Below are positions 1 to 10,156 of a DNA stretch of 64,000 nucleotides, piece after piece (position 1 is the first letter of the stretch; every line of letters begins with the position of its first letter). The notes below the pieces were generated by a model. That model was not told the origin of the DNA. It ran no database searches and saw only the letters and a program-made list of their open reading frames with translations. This DNA comes from a virus: positions 10,775-74,774 of the IMG/VR virus record IMGVR_UViG_3300046616_000348, one strand, 5' to 3'. Both the position numbers and the translations under genes were made by a program.

Positions 1-2
1 CG

Positions 3-383
3 GCCAATGTGTTCCGGACCATCTGCTACGGCCCGAAGCAGATCACCAGCCGGCGCGGTGCAACCACGGAGGGCGGCACGAAGATCGCCGCTCGGCAGGT
101 CACCTACGAAGCCGACTGCCTCCCGGAGCCGTCCGCTCCCACCGTCCCGTCGTGGATGGCACCGTTCCTCGACCAGCTCGAGGCCTCGGACGGGTTCGAC
201 GGCATCGGCCAGCAGCTGAAGGCGATCTACGCCGGCGGCGCAGCGGTAACCGAAATGGATCGGATCGCTCGCACCCTCGGGTGGTCGAAAGACACCTACG
301 ATCGGCTCGGCTACCCGCCGAAACCGTTCGTGATGCTGGGCACCCCGGTGACCTGGCTCAACCAACACGGCCAACCCCTATAG
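3..383 (+). CDS. Phage structural-region protein, probably 5'-truncated by the window (possible tail completion protein)
   Basis: Frame open from base 3; lies directly upstream of the baseplate spike gene. Confidence 0.5.
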   Translation, partial: ANVFRTICYGPKQITSRRGATTEGGTKIAARQVTYEADCLPEPSAPTVPSWMAPFLDQLEASDGFDGIGQQLKAIYAGGAAVTEMDRIARTLGWSKDTYDRLGYPPKPFVMLGTPVTWLNQHGQPL

Positions 384-485
384 CGCGCGGCGATCCCTCA
401 CCGCCTGCGCGCTGTGCGCGGCGACGATCTCGGCCTCCCGTTTCCTGGGCCTTGAGGTCGTCGCCGCAGCAATTCGGAGCCCGAC

Positions 486-1019
486 ATGGACATGTTCGGA
501 CGCCTCCTCGACCGCATCGCGTCGCTGGAGGCTGAAGTTGTTCGACTGCAGCGACGCGTAAACAACACGTTTCGCGAAGCCCGCGTCGAAGAGATCTACC
601 CGGGCGAGGGGCTGGCGCGGGTAAGTGCCCACGGCGCCAGCTCGAAGAAGGTGCCCTGGCTGCAGCGCGCCGGCGACATCCGCGACTGGGATCCTCCCAC
701 CGTGGGTGAGCGGGTGATGCTGATCTCCCCCACTGGCGAGCCCGGCAAGGGGCTGATCCTGCCGGGCGGCTACAGCAGCCAGTTCCAGCAGCCGCACGAC
801 AAGGGCGGCGAGGCGAAGCGGGTGGTCGGGGATACCTCCGACCTCTGGACCTCGGACACCCGGGTCATCGAGTCGCCGCGGATCATCCTCCGCGGCAAGG
901 TCACCATCGAGGGGCCGTGCGTCACGCACAACGGCATCGACATCGGCAGCAGCCACAAACACCAGGACGTCATGCCTGGCCCGGCGCTCACCGGCCTCTC
1001 AATTCCAAAGGACTGCTGA
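486..1019 (+). CDS. gpV: Baseplate spike, P2 gpV-like
   Basis: WDPPTVGERVMLISPTGE motif; C-terminal HKH iron-binding tip. Confidence 0.9.
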   Translation: MDMFGRLLDRIASLEAEVVRLQRRVNNTFREARVEEIYPGEGLARVSAHGASSKKVPWLQRAGDIRDWDPPTVGERVMLISPTGEPGKGLILPGGYSSQFQQPHDKGGEAKRVVGDTSDLWTSDTRVIESPRIILRGKVTIEGPCVTHNGIDIGSSHKHQDVMPGPALTGLSIPKDC

Positions 1020-1020
1020 C

Positions 1021-1257
1021 ATGAAGATCAACTACCAGGTGCTGACCGGCGACGCCGACGGCTTCAACTGGATCAACGACCAGCGCGTCAAGGTCGGCGA
1101 CACCGTCAAGCTCACCGTCGAAGAGGCCAAGTACCTCGAGATGACGGGGCAGGTCGAGAAGACCCGCGATCTCGCCGCGCAGAAGGCCAAGATCACCAAG
1201 GCCGAGCGCGCCCAGCCCGCCACCCCGACGCCGCCCGCTGAGGTCGTGAAGGAGTGA
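1021..1257 (+). CDS. Small baseplate-region hypothetical protein
   Basis: Tightly packed between gpV and gpW. Confidence 0.7.
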   Translation: MKINYQVLTGDADGFNWINDQRVKVGDTVKLTVEEAKYLEMTGQVEKTRDLAAQKAKITKAERAQPATPTPPAEVVKE

Positions 1258-1658
1258 GCTCCGTCGGGATCGACCGCAACACTGGCGTCGTCCTCGTCGG
1301 CTGGCCCCATGTGGCGCAGTCGATCGTGACGATCGTCACCACCGAACTCGGGGAACGCGTCCAGCGGCGCGACTTCGGGTCCAACGTTCCTGGCCTCATC
1401 GACCGGCCGCAGAACGAAGAGACCCTCCTCGAGTTCTTCATCGCCATCGCCGAGGCGCTCGAGCCCCGGCAGGTTCGCAACTCGATCTACGGCGAGCCCC
1501 GCTTCCAGATCGACCAGATCTTCGTCGACATCGACACGCCCGGAGAGATGATCGTCTCCATGACCGGGACGTATCTCCCGGACGGGCACAAAGGGAAGGT
1601 GGCGGGCGCTTCCCGCCAGACCCTGCGCATCCCGATCGCGGCCGCCGACCTCAACTAA
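1254..1658 (+). CDS. gpW: Baseplate wedge protein gpW/gp25 family
   Basis: GIDRNTG...HVAQSIVTIVTTELGERVQRRDFGS; EPR motif. Confidence 0.9.
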   Translation: MSSVGIDRNTGVVLVGWPHVAQSIVTIVTTELGERVQRRDFGSNVPGLIDRPQNEETLLEFFIAIAEALEPRQVRNSIYGEPRFQIDQIFVDIDTPGEMIVSMTGTYLPDGHKGKVAGASRQTLRIPIAAADLN

Positions 1659-1669
1659 GGATCGAACAC

Positions 1670-2533
1670 ATGACCACGCTGCCCGAGGCGCTGGCCGGCT
1701 TGCCGCTGCCCGGCGTCATCCAGGAGATCGACTACGAGGCGCGCCTGCAGCTCTTCGTCGACAAGCTGGTCGCACTCTTCGACGCAGTAGGGATCGCCTA
1801 CGACGTCCAAGGCCTCGAGGTTGATCCCGCCAAGATCCTCCTCGAGGCCGCCACCTACGCCGACGTGTTGCTCCGGCAGCGGATCAACGAAGCTGTCCGG
1901 GCGAACCTTCTGGCGTTCGCCTATGGCTCCGACCTCGACCACCTGGCCGCCTTCTACGACGTGGTGCGGCTCTACCAGGAGAGCGACGAGCGCCTGCGCG
2001 ATCGCGTGATCCTTGCCATCCAGGGCAGGTCTACCGGCGGCACCGCTCCTCGCTACAAGTACGTGGCGATGACCTCGGACGTGCGCGTCTCCGACGCCGC
2101 CGTCTACACGGTCGGCCGTGATCCTACGATCCGCGTTGCCGTCTTCAGCACGGAGCCTGACGGGGTCGCCAGCTCGGCGCTCCTGACCGTCGTCGACGCC
2201 GCGCTGCAGGATGCCGAGGTGCGGATGGTCAACGACCGCATCGTCGTCAGCGGCGCCGTGAAGCACGTCGTCAACATCGTCGCCAACGTCTGGCTGCTGC
2301 CCGGTGCGGCTCCATCGGTGGCGACCGGCCTCGAGGCAACCCTCCGCGCCGAGTGGGACAAGGTCGACACCCTCGGGTTCGACCTCGCCCGCTCCTGGCT
2401 CACCGCCAAGCTGATGCAGCAGGGCGTGCAGCGCGTGGAGATCGTCGCGCCGGCCACCGACATCTCCGTCCCGTTCAATGAGGCTGCCTCGCTCGGGACG
2501 ATCACCATCACCAACATGGGGCGTGGGTTCTGA
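1670..2533 (+). CDS. gpJ: Baseplate J protein
   Basis: LRQRINEAVRANLLAFAYGSDLDHLAAFY, ESDERLR. Confidence 0.93.
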   Translation: MTTLPEALAGLPLPGVIQEIDYEARLQLFVDKLVALFDAVGIAYDVQGLEVDPAKILLEAATYADVLLRQRINEAVRANLLAFAYGSDLDHLAAFYDVVRLYQESDERLRDRVILAIQGRSTGGTAPRYKYVAMTSDVRVSDAAVYTVGRDPTIRVAVFSTEPDGVASSALLTVVDAALQDAEVRMVNDRIVVSGAVKHVVNIVANVWLLPGAAPSVATGLEATLRAEWDKVDTLGFDLARSWLTAKLMQQGVQRVEIVAPATDISVPFNEAASLGTITITNMGRGF

Positions 2534-3645
2534 TGCTTAAGCAGCTTCTTCCGACGAACGCGACCCTGTTTGAGGAGGCGCTCGCCGACGCCTTCGACAC
2601 CGTCGCCGACGTGACCGCGCCGATCAACGCGATCCGCGGAACGAAGCTGGTCACCCCGCCCCCGTCCTTCCTGCCGTTCCTCGTCTACGAGTACGGCCTG
2701 GACGAGCTCCGGCCCTATGTGCCGAACCTCTACGAGCTGATCGACCAGGGGATCGACTGGCAGCGCATCCGCGGCACCCACGCTGCGGTCGCGATGGGCC
2801 TGGGCTTCATCAACTACACTGCCTCGATCGAGGAGGCGTTGGCCCGCCGCATCTTCTGGAACTCGTTCCAGCTCCGGTTCCCGACCCTGCCGCCGAACGA
2901 CAATCCGGACCTCGACCGGATCGACGGCATCGCCACCCTCTCGGTGCCGAAGCGGTCGGTCTTCCGACGCGGCGTCCACTACTACGACGTCGGGCCGCTG
3001 GTCGCTGATGGCGGCACGCGGCTGGACGGCTCGCGCCTCGAGGCAGAGAGCGGCGTCCGCCTGCGGGAGAATGGCCCCTTGTGGTCGTTCGGCCGGCCGA
3101 CTGAGACGAGCTCTCTGCTCACGGAAGCTGAGGGCACGCTCATCGGCAACTGGCTCGCCACGATCGAGAGCGGCCTCACCTGGGAGGATATGACCTATCC
3201 CTGGGACGAGGCCGATTTCCCGTGGACCGCCGATGGCATCGAAGCCCGCGCAGCGCTGCTCGCCGCCTGGTTCGCCGATCGGGAAGGCTATGTGGTCTTG
3301 CGCGGCGCGGATGGCGTCATCGGTTATCGGCGTCTTCGTGCCGCTCATACCGTCGAGCCCGACAGTGCCGGCGCCTACAAGGTGGCGAACATCCGCTACC
3401 GCCCCCAACTGGCAGGGCGACGCGTCTACCTCGCTGCCCTGACCGGCTTCGGTGACGGGGCAGGGCAGGTGGCGACGTCCGCCTCCCTCGCCTTCAACCT
3501 GGTGCGCGCCGGTGGCGTGCCGCCCGGCCGCCTCTGGCTCGAGCCGGACGAGGTCGTCTCGGCCGACGAGATCGCCACCACCACCGTCAACATCCCGCTG
3601 CGGCCTACCGTGCGGGAGGACATCAAGTTTCTTCTGAGGTTCTGA
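2533..3645 (+). CDS. gpI: Phage tail protein I (baseplate wedge)
   Basis: LLPTNATLFEEAL, PPSFLPFL, RIRGT; follows gpJ. Confidence 0.85.
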   Translation: MLKQLLPTNATLFEEALADAFDTVADVTAPINAIRGTKLVTPPPSFLPFLVYEYGLDELRPYVPNLYELIDQGIDWQRIRGTHAAVAMGLGFINYTASIEEALARRIFWNSFQLRFPTLPPNDNPDLDRIDGIATLSVPKRSVFRRGVHYYDVGPLVADGGTRLDGSRLEAESGVRLRENGPLWSFGRPTETSSLLTEAEGTLIGNWLATIESGLTWEDMTYPWDEADFPWTADGIEARAALLAAWFADREGYVVLRGADGVIGYRRLRAAHTVEPDSAGAYKVANIRYRPQLAGRRVYLAALTGFGDGAGQVATSASLAFNLVRAGGVPPGRLWLEPDEVVSADEIATTTVNIPLRPTVREDIKFLLRF

Positions 3646-6600
3646 TGGCTCACGAGCACGAAAGCGGCATCCCGAACGCGTTTGATCGCACCCAGCCGGA
3701 CTGGCAGGACGTGACCTTCGTCGGCGACCGCGACATCCAGGCCGCCGAGCTGAACGAGGCGCAGTCGATCGCCCGCAAGCGCCACAACCGCATCGCCGGC
3801 CTGATCGCCAAGGACGGCGACCGGATCGAGGGCGCGGCGGCCGTGGTTGACACCGAGGCGGAGAGCATCCTGCTCACCCCCGGCAGGATCTACGTGGGCG
3901 GCGACGTCCTCCCGGTCGCCCTCGCCACGCTCTACGACGTGCCGATGGTCGGCCGCGTCGAGATCGGCGTCCGTGTCACCAAGGTCTGGATTGACCACGA
4001 GGACGAACCGACGCTGCTCGGGCTTGTGCCTGGCACCCTCAGCGAGGGCGAGCCCGGCGCGGCGCGCGAGAAGGTGTCGATCGCGTGGGATCTGGCCTCC
4101 TCGGACAGCGATCTCCCGTTCGTCTTGGTCTACACGCTCTCCGACGGCACGGTGATCGACCAGACGCCGCCGCCGAGCCTCAGCGGCATCAACCAGGCGA
4201 TCGCGATCTACGACCGCGAGGCGCACGGTCACTACATCGTCGAGGGCTGCCGCGTGACCGCCCTGGGCAAATCGGGCGGCGACCAGGTGTTCTCGATTGA
4301 AGAGGGCATCGCCAACATCTTTGGCTTCAAGCGGTCGCGCGCTGCAGCGCTCCGGCACGCGCAGCTCGAGGAGTGGGACATCGGGGAGGTGGCGGCCGAG
4401 AGCCACACCTTCGTCGGCACCACCCCCAACACCTTCACCACCTCGCGCTTCCCCATCGCCGGCATCAACACGGTGCTGGTGACGAAGCAGAAGACGGTGT
4501 CCATCACGCGCGGCACCACGGTGCACGGCGCCGACCTCCTGCCCGACAGCTCGGTGACCTCGATCATCTCTGTCGTGCAGGGTGCGACGACGTACACGAA
4601 CCCCGCGTCCTGGCTGAAGACCGGCGACCAGATCGACTGGTCTCCGGCCGGTCCGGAGCCTGCGGTCAGCTCGCAGTACGACGTGACCTATCGCTACCGC
4701 GCCGTCGTGGTTCCGACGAGCTTCACCGACTTCACGGTGGTGATCGCCGGCGGCGTCGACGGCACTGAGGTGCTGATCGGCTACGACCACAAGCTGCCGC
4801 GCATCGACCGGCTCTGCCTGAACCAGTTCGGCGAGTCGGTCTACGTGAAGGGCGTCTCGGCGCAGGCGCTCGATAAAGCCCTGCCTCCGATCCCGCCCGG
4901 CGACGTGCTGCCGCTTGCCCAGATCAAGAACAACTGGGTAGGGCCGCCGGAGGTCGAGAACGACGGCGTGTATCGCCGCACGATGGCCGAGATCGACCGC
5001 ATGGCTCGCGTCCTCGAGAACCAGGTCCGCCTGGTCCAGCTCGAGCGCATCAAGTCGAGCATCGACGCTCGAGAGCCGACCGCGAAGAAGGGGACGTTCG
5101 TCGACCCGTTCCTCAACGACTATTACCGCGATGCCGGCGAGCCTCAGACCGCGTCTGTTGCCGACGGCTTCATGGAGCTGTCGATCACGCCGACCTTCTT
5201 CCAGGCGTCGCTCAACGGCCCGGTCATGCTCGACTGGGTCGAGGAGGTGATCATCGCCCAGGAGCTCGACACCCTGTGCGAGAAGATCAACCCGTACCAG
5301 AACTTCAACCCGATGCCGGGGGCGCTCTCGCTCTCCCCGGCCGCGGACTTCTGGACCGAGCAGCAGACCACCTGGGCATCGCCGGTGACGCAGCAGTTCA
5401 ATCGGGGCATCCGCCGCGATGGCGGGCCGCTCACCTCGACCTCGATCACCACCCAGGTGCTCGGGGAACGCGAGCAGTTGATTGAGTTCCTCCGCTCGAT
5501 CCCGGTGGCTTTCACCATCAAGGGCTTCGGCCCCGGTGAGATCTTGCAGTCGCTGACCTTCGACGGCGTCAACGTGAAGCCCCCGGGCACACAGACCGCC
5601 GACGGCACCGGTCAGATCACCGGCACCTTCGTCATTCCGTCCAACGTCACCGCCGGCACGAAGCAGGTGGTAGCTGTGGGCATGGCGTCGGGGGAGGCGA
5701 GGGCGTTCTTCGTCGGTCAGGGCACGATCGAGATCACGACCATGCGTCGTGTCACCACGATTGAGCGCTGGCAGCGGCCGCCGGAGAGCAGCGGCAGTCA
5801 GACGACGATCGGCTCGAACGGCATCGCCAACGACCCGCAGGCTCAGACCTTCACGGTCCTCGAGGCTCGGCAACTGGTCGGCGTCGACTTCAAGCTGTGC
5901 CACATCGGCAATACCGCCAACCCGCTGCTCATCCAGCAGGTGACGGTCGAGAACGGCATCCCCACCGAGGATGTGATGGCCGAGTCGTTCGTCTCCATGC
6001 TTGGCGCAGTGCCCGGCTGGAAGTCGGCTCGCTACAACTTCCCGGTGCTGACGCTGCCCTCGCCGGATGCCGCGATGGTCATCAAGACGGACGACGCCGA
6101 TCACTCGATCGCTCTCGCCCGCCTTGGTGACTTCGATGCTGTTAACCAGAAGTGGGTCGGCGCGCAGCCGTACTCGGTTGGTGTGAACCTGTCTTCGTCC
6201 AACGCGAAGACCTGGACCCCTCACAACGAACGCGACATGACCTTCCGGGTCGTGGCGGCCAAGTTCACCAACCCCGGCTTCACCAAGACGGTGCCCCTCG
6301 GCTCCTTCAACCTGGTGAATGCCAGCGACCTTCAGGTCCGCGCCGTCGTGGAGCTCCCCTCGGCGGCATGCTCGGTGGTCTTCGAGATCGTCCGCGGCAA
6401 CGGCGAGGTTTGGCGGCTGCTGCCCTTCCAGGTGCTGCAGCTGACAGAGTTCATCACCGAAACCGTGCAGCTTCGGGCAGTGCTCACCGGCACCCAGAAG
6501 CTGTCGCCGGTGCTCTACGCGCCGGTGTGGCTGGTCTCGGGCACGATTGCCACGAGCGGCACCTACGTCTCCCGCGCTTTCAAGCTCGGCTCGGTGGTGA

Positions 6601-6848
6601 AGCTCACGTCGTACATGAAGGCATTCCTTCCCGCCGGCTCGACGCTGGTGGCCCAGTACGACAAGGCAGACGACACCTGGATCTCGCTGCCAACCGCCGC
6701 GACCGAAGTCCTCGCCGAGCCCGGATGGGTGGAGCGGAAGATGGAGGCGACCGGCATCTCCGCAATCGAGGGGCGCCTGAAGTTCACGATCACCGGCGGG
6801 CCTGCTGCCCGTCCGCTGTTCGGGGACCTCGGCGCCGCCGTCATGTAA
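3645..6848 (+). CDS. Large baseplate/tail protein, DUF4815-like
   Basis: IQAAELNEAQS, KKGTFVDPF, DPQAQTF motifs; 1067 aa. Confidence 0.8.
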   Translation: MAHEHESGIPNAFDRTQPDWQDVTFVGDRDIQAAELNEAQSIARKRHNRIAGLIAKDGDRIEGAAAVVDTEAESILLTPGRIYVGGDVLPVALATLYDVPMVGRVEIGVRVTKVWIDHEDEPTLLGLVPGTLSEGEPGAAREKVSIAWDLASSDSDLPFVLVYTLSDGTVIDQTPPPSLSGINQAIAIYDREAHGHYIVEGCRVTALGKSGGDQVFSIEEGIANIFGFKRSRAAALRHAQLEEWDIGEVAAESHTFVGTTPNTFTTSRFPIAGINTVLVTKQKTVSITRGTTVHGADLLPDSSVTSIISVVQGATTYTNPASWLKTGDQIDWSPAGPEPAVSSQYDVTYRYRAVVVPTSFTDFTVVIAGGVDGTEVLIGYDHKLPRIDRLCLNQFGESVYVKGVSAQALDKALPPIPPGDVLPLAQIKNNWVGPPEVENDGVYRRTMAEIDRMARVLENQVRLVQLERIKSSIDAREPTAKKGTFVDPFLNDYYRDAGEPQTASVADGFMELSITPTFFQASLNGPVMLDWVEEVIIAQELDTLCEKINPYQNFNPMPGALSLSPAADFWTEQQTTWASPVTQQFNRGIRRDGGPLTSTSITTQVLGEREQLIEFLRSIPVAFTIKGFGPGEILQSLTFDGVNVKPPGTQTADGTGQITGTFVIPSNVTAGTKQVVAVGMASGEARAFFVGQGTIEITTMRRVTTIERWQRPPESSGSQTTIGSNGIANDPQAQTFTVLEARQLVGVDFKLCHIGNTANPLLIQQVTVENGIPTEDVMAESFVSMLGAVPGWKSARYNFPVLTLPSPDAAMVIKTDDADHSIALARLGDFDAVNQKWVGAQPYSVGVNLSSSNAKTWTPHNERDMTFRVVAAKFTNPGFTKTVPLGSFNLVNASDLQVRAVVELPSAACSVVFEIVRGNGEVWRLLPFQVLQLTEFITETVQLRAVLTGTQKLSPVLYAPVWLVSGTIATSGTYVSRAFKLGSVVKLTSYMKAFLPAGSTLVAQYDKADDTWISLPTAATEVLAEPGWVERKMEATGISAIEGRLKFTITGGPAARPLFGDLGAAVM

Positions 6849-6860
6849 TAGGGGTGGACC

Positions 6861-8147
6861 ATGTCCAACACCGTGCACCGAGCTTATCCCAAGCCGGTGC
6901 CGACCAATAACGTCTCCGACGACGTTCTTGTGCTGCAGCAGGCGATGGACCTGGTCGACGGCGACATCCACCTGCTGTTCGCCGCGATCGCCGAGCTGGC
7001 CCCGGTCAGCCACGAGCACGTCATCGCCGACATCACCGGCCTGTCGGCGGAGCTGGCGGGCAAGGCGGCGGTAGACCACACCCACACTCTCGAGGATCTC
7101 TCGGATGTGGGCGGAACAGTTGCGGCGCCGGCTGGCTACCTACTGGTGAAGCAGTCGGATGGCACCTGGGGGCCGGCCTCGCCGGCCTCCGTGGTGGGCG
7201 CGCACCAGCACGTCATCTCCGACGTCGTCAACCTTCAGACTGCGCTCGACGGCCTCACGGGGCAGAACCAGATCCTGAACGCCGTCGACACGACCGTGTC
7301 GGACGCCGACCACTTCGGCATCCGGAAATTCTCGAACGGCACGTTCATCAAGCGGACCTGGACGCAGCTGAAGGCGAGCGTCTTCGCCGGCTGGGGAGCG
7401 CTGATCGCGACGGGCACCTCCAAGCCCATCGTAATCGACGCTGACGTCATCGACCTGGCCGACAGCGCCGCAGCCAACGCCACCCGAAAGGTGTCGTTCC
7501 TCGAGCTGTGGGATAACTACTTCAAGGTCAAGGCGAACGCGCTCTACCAGCCTCTGAAGACGATCCTCACGACGCTGGGCAACCTCGCCAACGGCAACGG
7601 CTACCTGAAGAACGATGGCGCGGGCGCCCTGTCGTGGGGCACCGTCACAAGCATCGCCCACATCAAGGAGACGCTGTTCGAGGTGAACGGCACCTTCACT
7701 CCTGACCCGGATGCGGTGGTGACGCAAATCGTCGCTGTTGGTCAGGGCGTCGGCGGCAACACCGGCACCGGCGGCAGCGCGGGGAAGGGCGCGGCGGCTG
7801 TCGCGGTGTCCGGCTCCAAGGCGGAGGTTGGTAATGGCGCGATCACCGTCAACATGGGCGTGGCCGCGAACACCAACAGCGCGGACGGAACGTCCCTGAC
7901 TTTCGGCTCGCTGATCACCATCCAGTCACTGCGCCGCGGCTCTGCCACCGCTCCCACGGCCAGCACCAACCTGCCGAAGTCGACCCCGTACCCGTCCTCC
8001 GGCCCGAACCACAACGTCCCCTATCTCCTGAAGGATTGGGGCAACGCGGGGTCGGCGGGCACCAACAGTAACGCCAACCAGTCGGGCAGCGGCGGCGGTC
8101 CCGGCGGGCCGGGCGTTGTCCTCGTGAGAGAGTACCTTTCGACATGA
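6861..8147 (+). CDS. Tail fibre protein
   Basis: Three HxH repeats (HEHVIADITGL, HTHTLEDLSDV, HQHVISDVVNL); Gly/Ser/Thr/Asn-rich C-terminus. Confidence 0.8.
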   Translation: MSNTVHRAYPKPVPTNNVSDDVLVLQQAMDLVDGDIHLLFAAIAELAPVSHEHVIADITGLSAELAGKAAVDHTHTLEDLSDVGGTVAAPAGYLLVKQSDGTWGPASPASVVGAHQHVISDVVNLQTALDGLTGQNQILNAVDTTVSDADHFGIRKFSNGTFIKRTWTQLKASVFAGWGALIATGTSKPIVIDADVIDLADSAAANATRKVSFLELWDNYFKVKANALYQPLKTILTTLGNLANGNGYLKNDGAGALSWGTVTSIAHIKETLFEVNGTFTPDPDAVVTQIVAVGQGVGGNTGTGGSAGKGAAAVAVSGSKAEVGNGAITVNMGVAANTNSADGTSLTFGSLITIQSLRRGSATAPTASTNLPKSTPYPSSGPNHNVPYLLKDWGNAGSAGTNSNANQSGSGGGPGGPGVVLVREYLST

Positions 8148-8869
8148 CGACGCAGCGCATCATCTTCGAGGTCGGCGAGAAGACCCTCGCCGACCACTTC
8201 TCGGTGGCACCCCTCAAGAAGGAGGTGCCGCAGTGGTATAAAGACCTGGACATGCACATCGGTGCAGGCGGTCTGAGCCTCGAGGCGCTGGTGCGCGGCG
8301 GTGCGCCGAACGGCAACAAGACGATGAAGTATTGCGTGCCGGTGCTGGACTATCTGACCAGCGGCTACGTGATCAAAGCCGCGATGCACCTGAAGATCCG
8401 GAACGTGCCGGCCGAGGGTGATGTCCCGGCCGGCCTCGAGTATGTGACTTCGCACACCGAGCGGGTCGAGCATCACGCCCATGCGCAGTGCCCGTTCCCC
8501 TTCCACGGGCGGAGGCACAGCTACCCGAAGCTCGGCAACCCTTGGACGGTGATCACCCCGCCGGGCTACTCGTGCCTGTTCTACCAGCCGTTCTATGCGG
8601 ACATCGAGACCAAGCTCCGCCTCTTCCCGGCGATCGTGGACACCGACACCTACCCGGTGCCGGTGAACTTCCCAGGCATGGTGCTCGGCGACGAGGAGGT
8701 GGAGATCCTGCCCGGCCAGCCCCTCATGGCCGTCTTCCCGTTCAAGCGCGAGGAGTGGCGTATGGAAGTCCGCGTCCGTGACAAGCCGGAGGAGAAGCCG
8801 GGGCTGATGCCCTACCTGCTCCACCGGGCCTACAAGACCTTCTACCACCGACCGAAGAGCTTCAAATGA
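8144..8869 (+). CDS. DUF6065-like (beta-clip) protein beside the tail fibre
   Basis: KYCVPVLDYLTSGY, NPWTVITPPGYSCLF, PAIVDTD, GQPLMAVFPFKRE. Confidence 0.6.
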   Translation: MTTQRIIFEVGEKTLADHFSVAPLKKEVPQWYKDLDMHIGAGGLSLEALVRGGAPNGNKTMKYCVPVLDYLTSGYVIKAAMHLKIRNVPAEGDVPAGLEYVTSHTERVEHHAHAQCPFPFHGRRHSYPKLGNPWTVITPPGYSCLFYQPFYADIETKLRLFPAIVDTDTYPVPVNFPGMVLGDEEVEILPGQPLMAVFPFKREEWRMEVRVRDKPEEKPGLMPYLLHRAYKTFYHRPKSFK

Positions 8870-9351
8870 CCGAGAAGCGCTACGCCATCATGAATGGCAA
8901 CACCGTGATTGACGCCGTGCTCTGGGACGCCGCTGCGCACCCGGAATACGTCTACCCGTTCTCGCACACCGGCATGGTGCAGCACGACGCCGCGATGCCG
9001 GGGTGGACCCTCAACGCCGGCGTCTGGGCGCCGCCCCCCGAGGAGGAGCCGGACCCCAACCTCGAGCCCAAGCTCGACAACATCTACCCGCCGCTTGAGA
9101 AGTGGCGCTTCTGGTCGATCGTGCGCATGCCCGGGTCGATCGGGGAGGCGAACCTCCGCGGCGCCATCGCTGCGCACCCTGACGGGGCGTTCTCCGCCAT
9201 CGCGCTCTCAATGCTCGATGATCCTCCTGGCGGGATGTATTGGCGCAGCAACCCGCTCTTCGCCAACGCGGCGTTCTTGGGGTCGCTGGGACTGAACGAG
9301 GCGGCCGTGAACGCCATGTGGGACAGCGCCCACGCGCTGGCCGCGCCATGA
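8866..9351 (+). CDS. Putative tail fibre assembly/chaperone protein
   Basis: Position after fibre; RSNPL...LGLNEAAVNAMW C-terminus typical of fibre chaperones. Confidence 0.55.
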   Translation: MTEKRYAIMNGNTVIDAVLWDAAAHPEYVYPFSHTGMVQHDAAMPGWTLNAGVWAPPPEEEPDPNLEPKLDNIYPPLEKWRFWSIVRMPGSIGEANLRGAIAAHPDGAFSAIALSMLDDPPGGMYWRSNPLFANAAFLGSLGLNEAAVNAMWDSAHALAAP

Positions 9352-10145
9352 GTGAGCCGATCCGGTTCGATGGCCGAAAGCTCGACGGCAAGAAGATCTT
9401 CGTCGCGGTGCCGATGTATGGCGGCAACGGCAAAACCGACTTCATGAACTCGCTGCTGGACCTGCAGAGCGCATTTGCCCAGCTGGGGATCCCGATGGAG
9501 TGGCGCACGATCAAGGGCGAGAGCCTGATCCCGCGCGCCCGCAACTGGCTTGCGAACGAGTTTCTGAAGTCGGACGCGACGCACCTTCTGTTCATCGACG
9601 CCGACATCAAGTTCGACCCGGTCGACGTGGTTCGGATGGTGGTGGCCGAGAAGGAGCTGATCGGCGGGCCGTACCCGATGAAGACCATCGACTGGAGCTT
9701 CATCCGCGAAATCGTGCTGGCGAAGCCCGAGATCACGCCCGAGGAGCTGAAGCAGGCCTCCTGCTACTACCACTTCAACTACTTCCCCGGGCAGTCGCGA
9801 AACTACGACCATTCGCAACCGCTCGAGGTGCTCGACGTCTCGACCGGCATGATGCTGATCGCTCGGGCCGTGTTCGACACGATCCGGGTGAAGTGGCCCG
9901 ACCAGAGCTACATGACGAACTCGGACCATTGGGTCCGGGAGCGGATCTACAACTACTTCGGGATGACCATCGAGGACGACATCCTCCTGTCCGAGGACTA
10001 CCACTTCTGCAAGCGGTGGGCCGAGACGGGCGGGCAGGTCTGGTTGGCGCCCTGGATGAAGATGCAGCACATCGGCGACCACGTTTACGGCGGTGAGGGG
10101 CTCGAGGCCTCTGAGCGCTGGCTGACCGTCTGTCGCGGCGGATAG
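9348..10145 (+). CDS. GT-A fold (GT2-like) glycosyltransferase
   Basis: VAVPMYGG, ESLIPRARN, LLFIDADI (DxD), LSEDYHFC, HIG; ATGA-coupled start at 9348. Confidence 0.8.
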   Translation: MSEPIRFDGRKLDGKKIFVAVPMYGGNGKTDFMNSLLDLQSAFAQLGIPMEWRTIKGESLIPRARNWLANEFLKSDATHLLFIDADIKFDPVDVVRMVVAEKELIGGPYPMKTIDWSFIREIVLAKPEITPEELKQASCYYHFNYFPGQSRNYDHSQPLEVLDVSTGMMLIARAVFDTIRVKWPDQSYMTNSDHWVRERIYNYFGMTIEDDILLSEDYHFCKRWAETGGQVWLAPWMKMQHIGDHVYGGEGLEASERWLTVCRGG

Positions 10146-10156
10146 GAGCGCTCAAC

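Noticed and set aside
3426-7085. 1219-aa minus-strand ORF and the many other long antisense ORFs (e.g. 17669-19528, 38423-40330, 26447-28090)
   Set aside because: Shadow frames of real high-GC genes; no motifs and no SD
6861-8147. Diversity-generating retroelement or invertible fibre cassette
   Set aside because: No reverse transcriptase, template repeat or invertase seen
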